Shown: in pieces, positions 63,001-64,000 of the stretch
How positions within the stretch are numbered: position 1 is the stretch's first letter
How the letters are laid out: each line of letters starts with the position of its first letter
Assembly: GCF_021869535.1 (NCBI RefSeq)
Contig: NW_026262593.1
Location: 26,288,001-26,352,000, forward strand
Source of the DNA: Mytilus californianus
Lineage: Eukaryota
DNA length: 64,000 nt
Reading direction: 5' to 3'
The notes under the pieces: model-generated
Seen by the model: only the letters and a program-made list of their open reading frames with translations
Told to the model about the DNA's origin: nothing
Databases searched by the model: none
Made by a program: the position numbers and the translations under genes

Positions 63001-64000
63001 CTGTAAAAATAAATGTACAGGTAATAGTAATTATTGATTATAATAATATTGATTTGTCAAATAACATGTATATGATGTAAGAATTGAGAAAAATTGTATC
63101 AGATCACTATAAAACATGTAGATATTACAAAAACTCATGGTAAGAGTTAACAGTTGTTCAAGGGGGCATATCTATGAGGTACAAAGCAGAGTTCATATTC
63201 ATATCACATTAGCATTTTCTCGTTGCAGAAAGAAAGGATATTCCAAATGAAATGGTACATTAAAAATTTACAGGCTTTTTAATCAGCCAGACAAGTATTA
63301 AATGAACAGATAAATCTATTATGTTTATCGGTAGTTATATTTTTTTGTGAAAGAAAAATAACAAATAAAACTACTATTTGTACAGTTTATATGCTATCAA
63401 ATTTTCATTAAAATGTCTGGATTTTTACCAGAATAAGAGAAGGTTTGCTAAGGCACTTTTTCATATCCTTGGCCTGAAAAAAAAGTCACAAAGTATCCTC
63501 TAGTATTTATCAAACAAAAACCTTAAGAGTTAAGATGTCAACAAAACATTGGTCACTCAGATACCATATTATGATTGACTTTGAATAACATATATGCTTT
63601 TAATAGTAGGCCATCAGACTTCTTCAATCTAAAGAAAAAATTACAAAACACTTTGAGATATCATACAGGAGGGTGTGGATGGAGGTTTACAGAATAGAGA
63701 ATAATGGGCAAAAAATTTAAAGAATGGAGAAAAAGTGACCAAAAAAATAAAGAATAGAGAATAATGAGGTGCTAAAATATAAAGAATAGAGAAAAATGGT
63801 CTAAAAAAATTAAAGAATACATAAATGAAGGACCCCCCATCAAGATCCTCTTACAGCAACGTCATAAAACAGTGCAGAGAGATATAAACTTGTGTAATGC
63901 TTGATTTTTTTTGGCAGAACTTCAATGCAGTCTCATTTATGGCTACTTAGACTAACCAAACAAGGATATTCTATATATGGCTATTGGTTTGTTCTTTTTG

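Overview
AT-rich eukaryotic DNA. The repeat families look bivalve (Mytilus-like); this is an inference, not a database match. The main content is a tandem cluster of six intronless-CDS class A (rhodopsin-like) 7TM GPCR genes: one on + (7451-8536) facing five on - (15.7-49.4 kb). All six share non-canonical microswitches (DRY->HRF, CWxP->SYIP). Flanking homologies show the five minus-strand genes arose as B-C-(B/D chimera)-C-D by unequal crossover. Two copies have independently lost the conserved C-terminal tail. The spacers carry a 2.1-kb DNA transposon with 665-bp direct repeats each bounded by 19-bp TIRs (KolobokP-like), a 5.66-kb TIR element with 2-bp TSD carrying a spliced DUF4806-like pseudogene (CACTA/EnSpm-like), and decayed Penelope-like and L1/Tx1 retroelements. 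They also hold several Helentron-type non-autonomous elements with internal satellites, hammerhead-ribozyme remnants, long palindromic elements and local tandem duplications. At the right end, four exons of a CPLANE2/RSG1 small GTPase gene lie on the - strand. Its stop-codon region has been amplified into a 30-bp minisatellite. All comparisons were made by eye.
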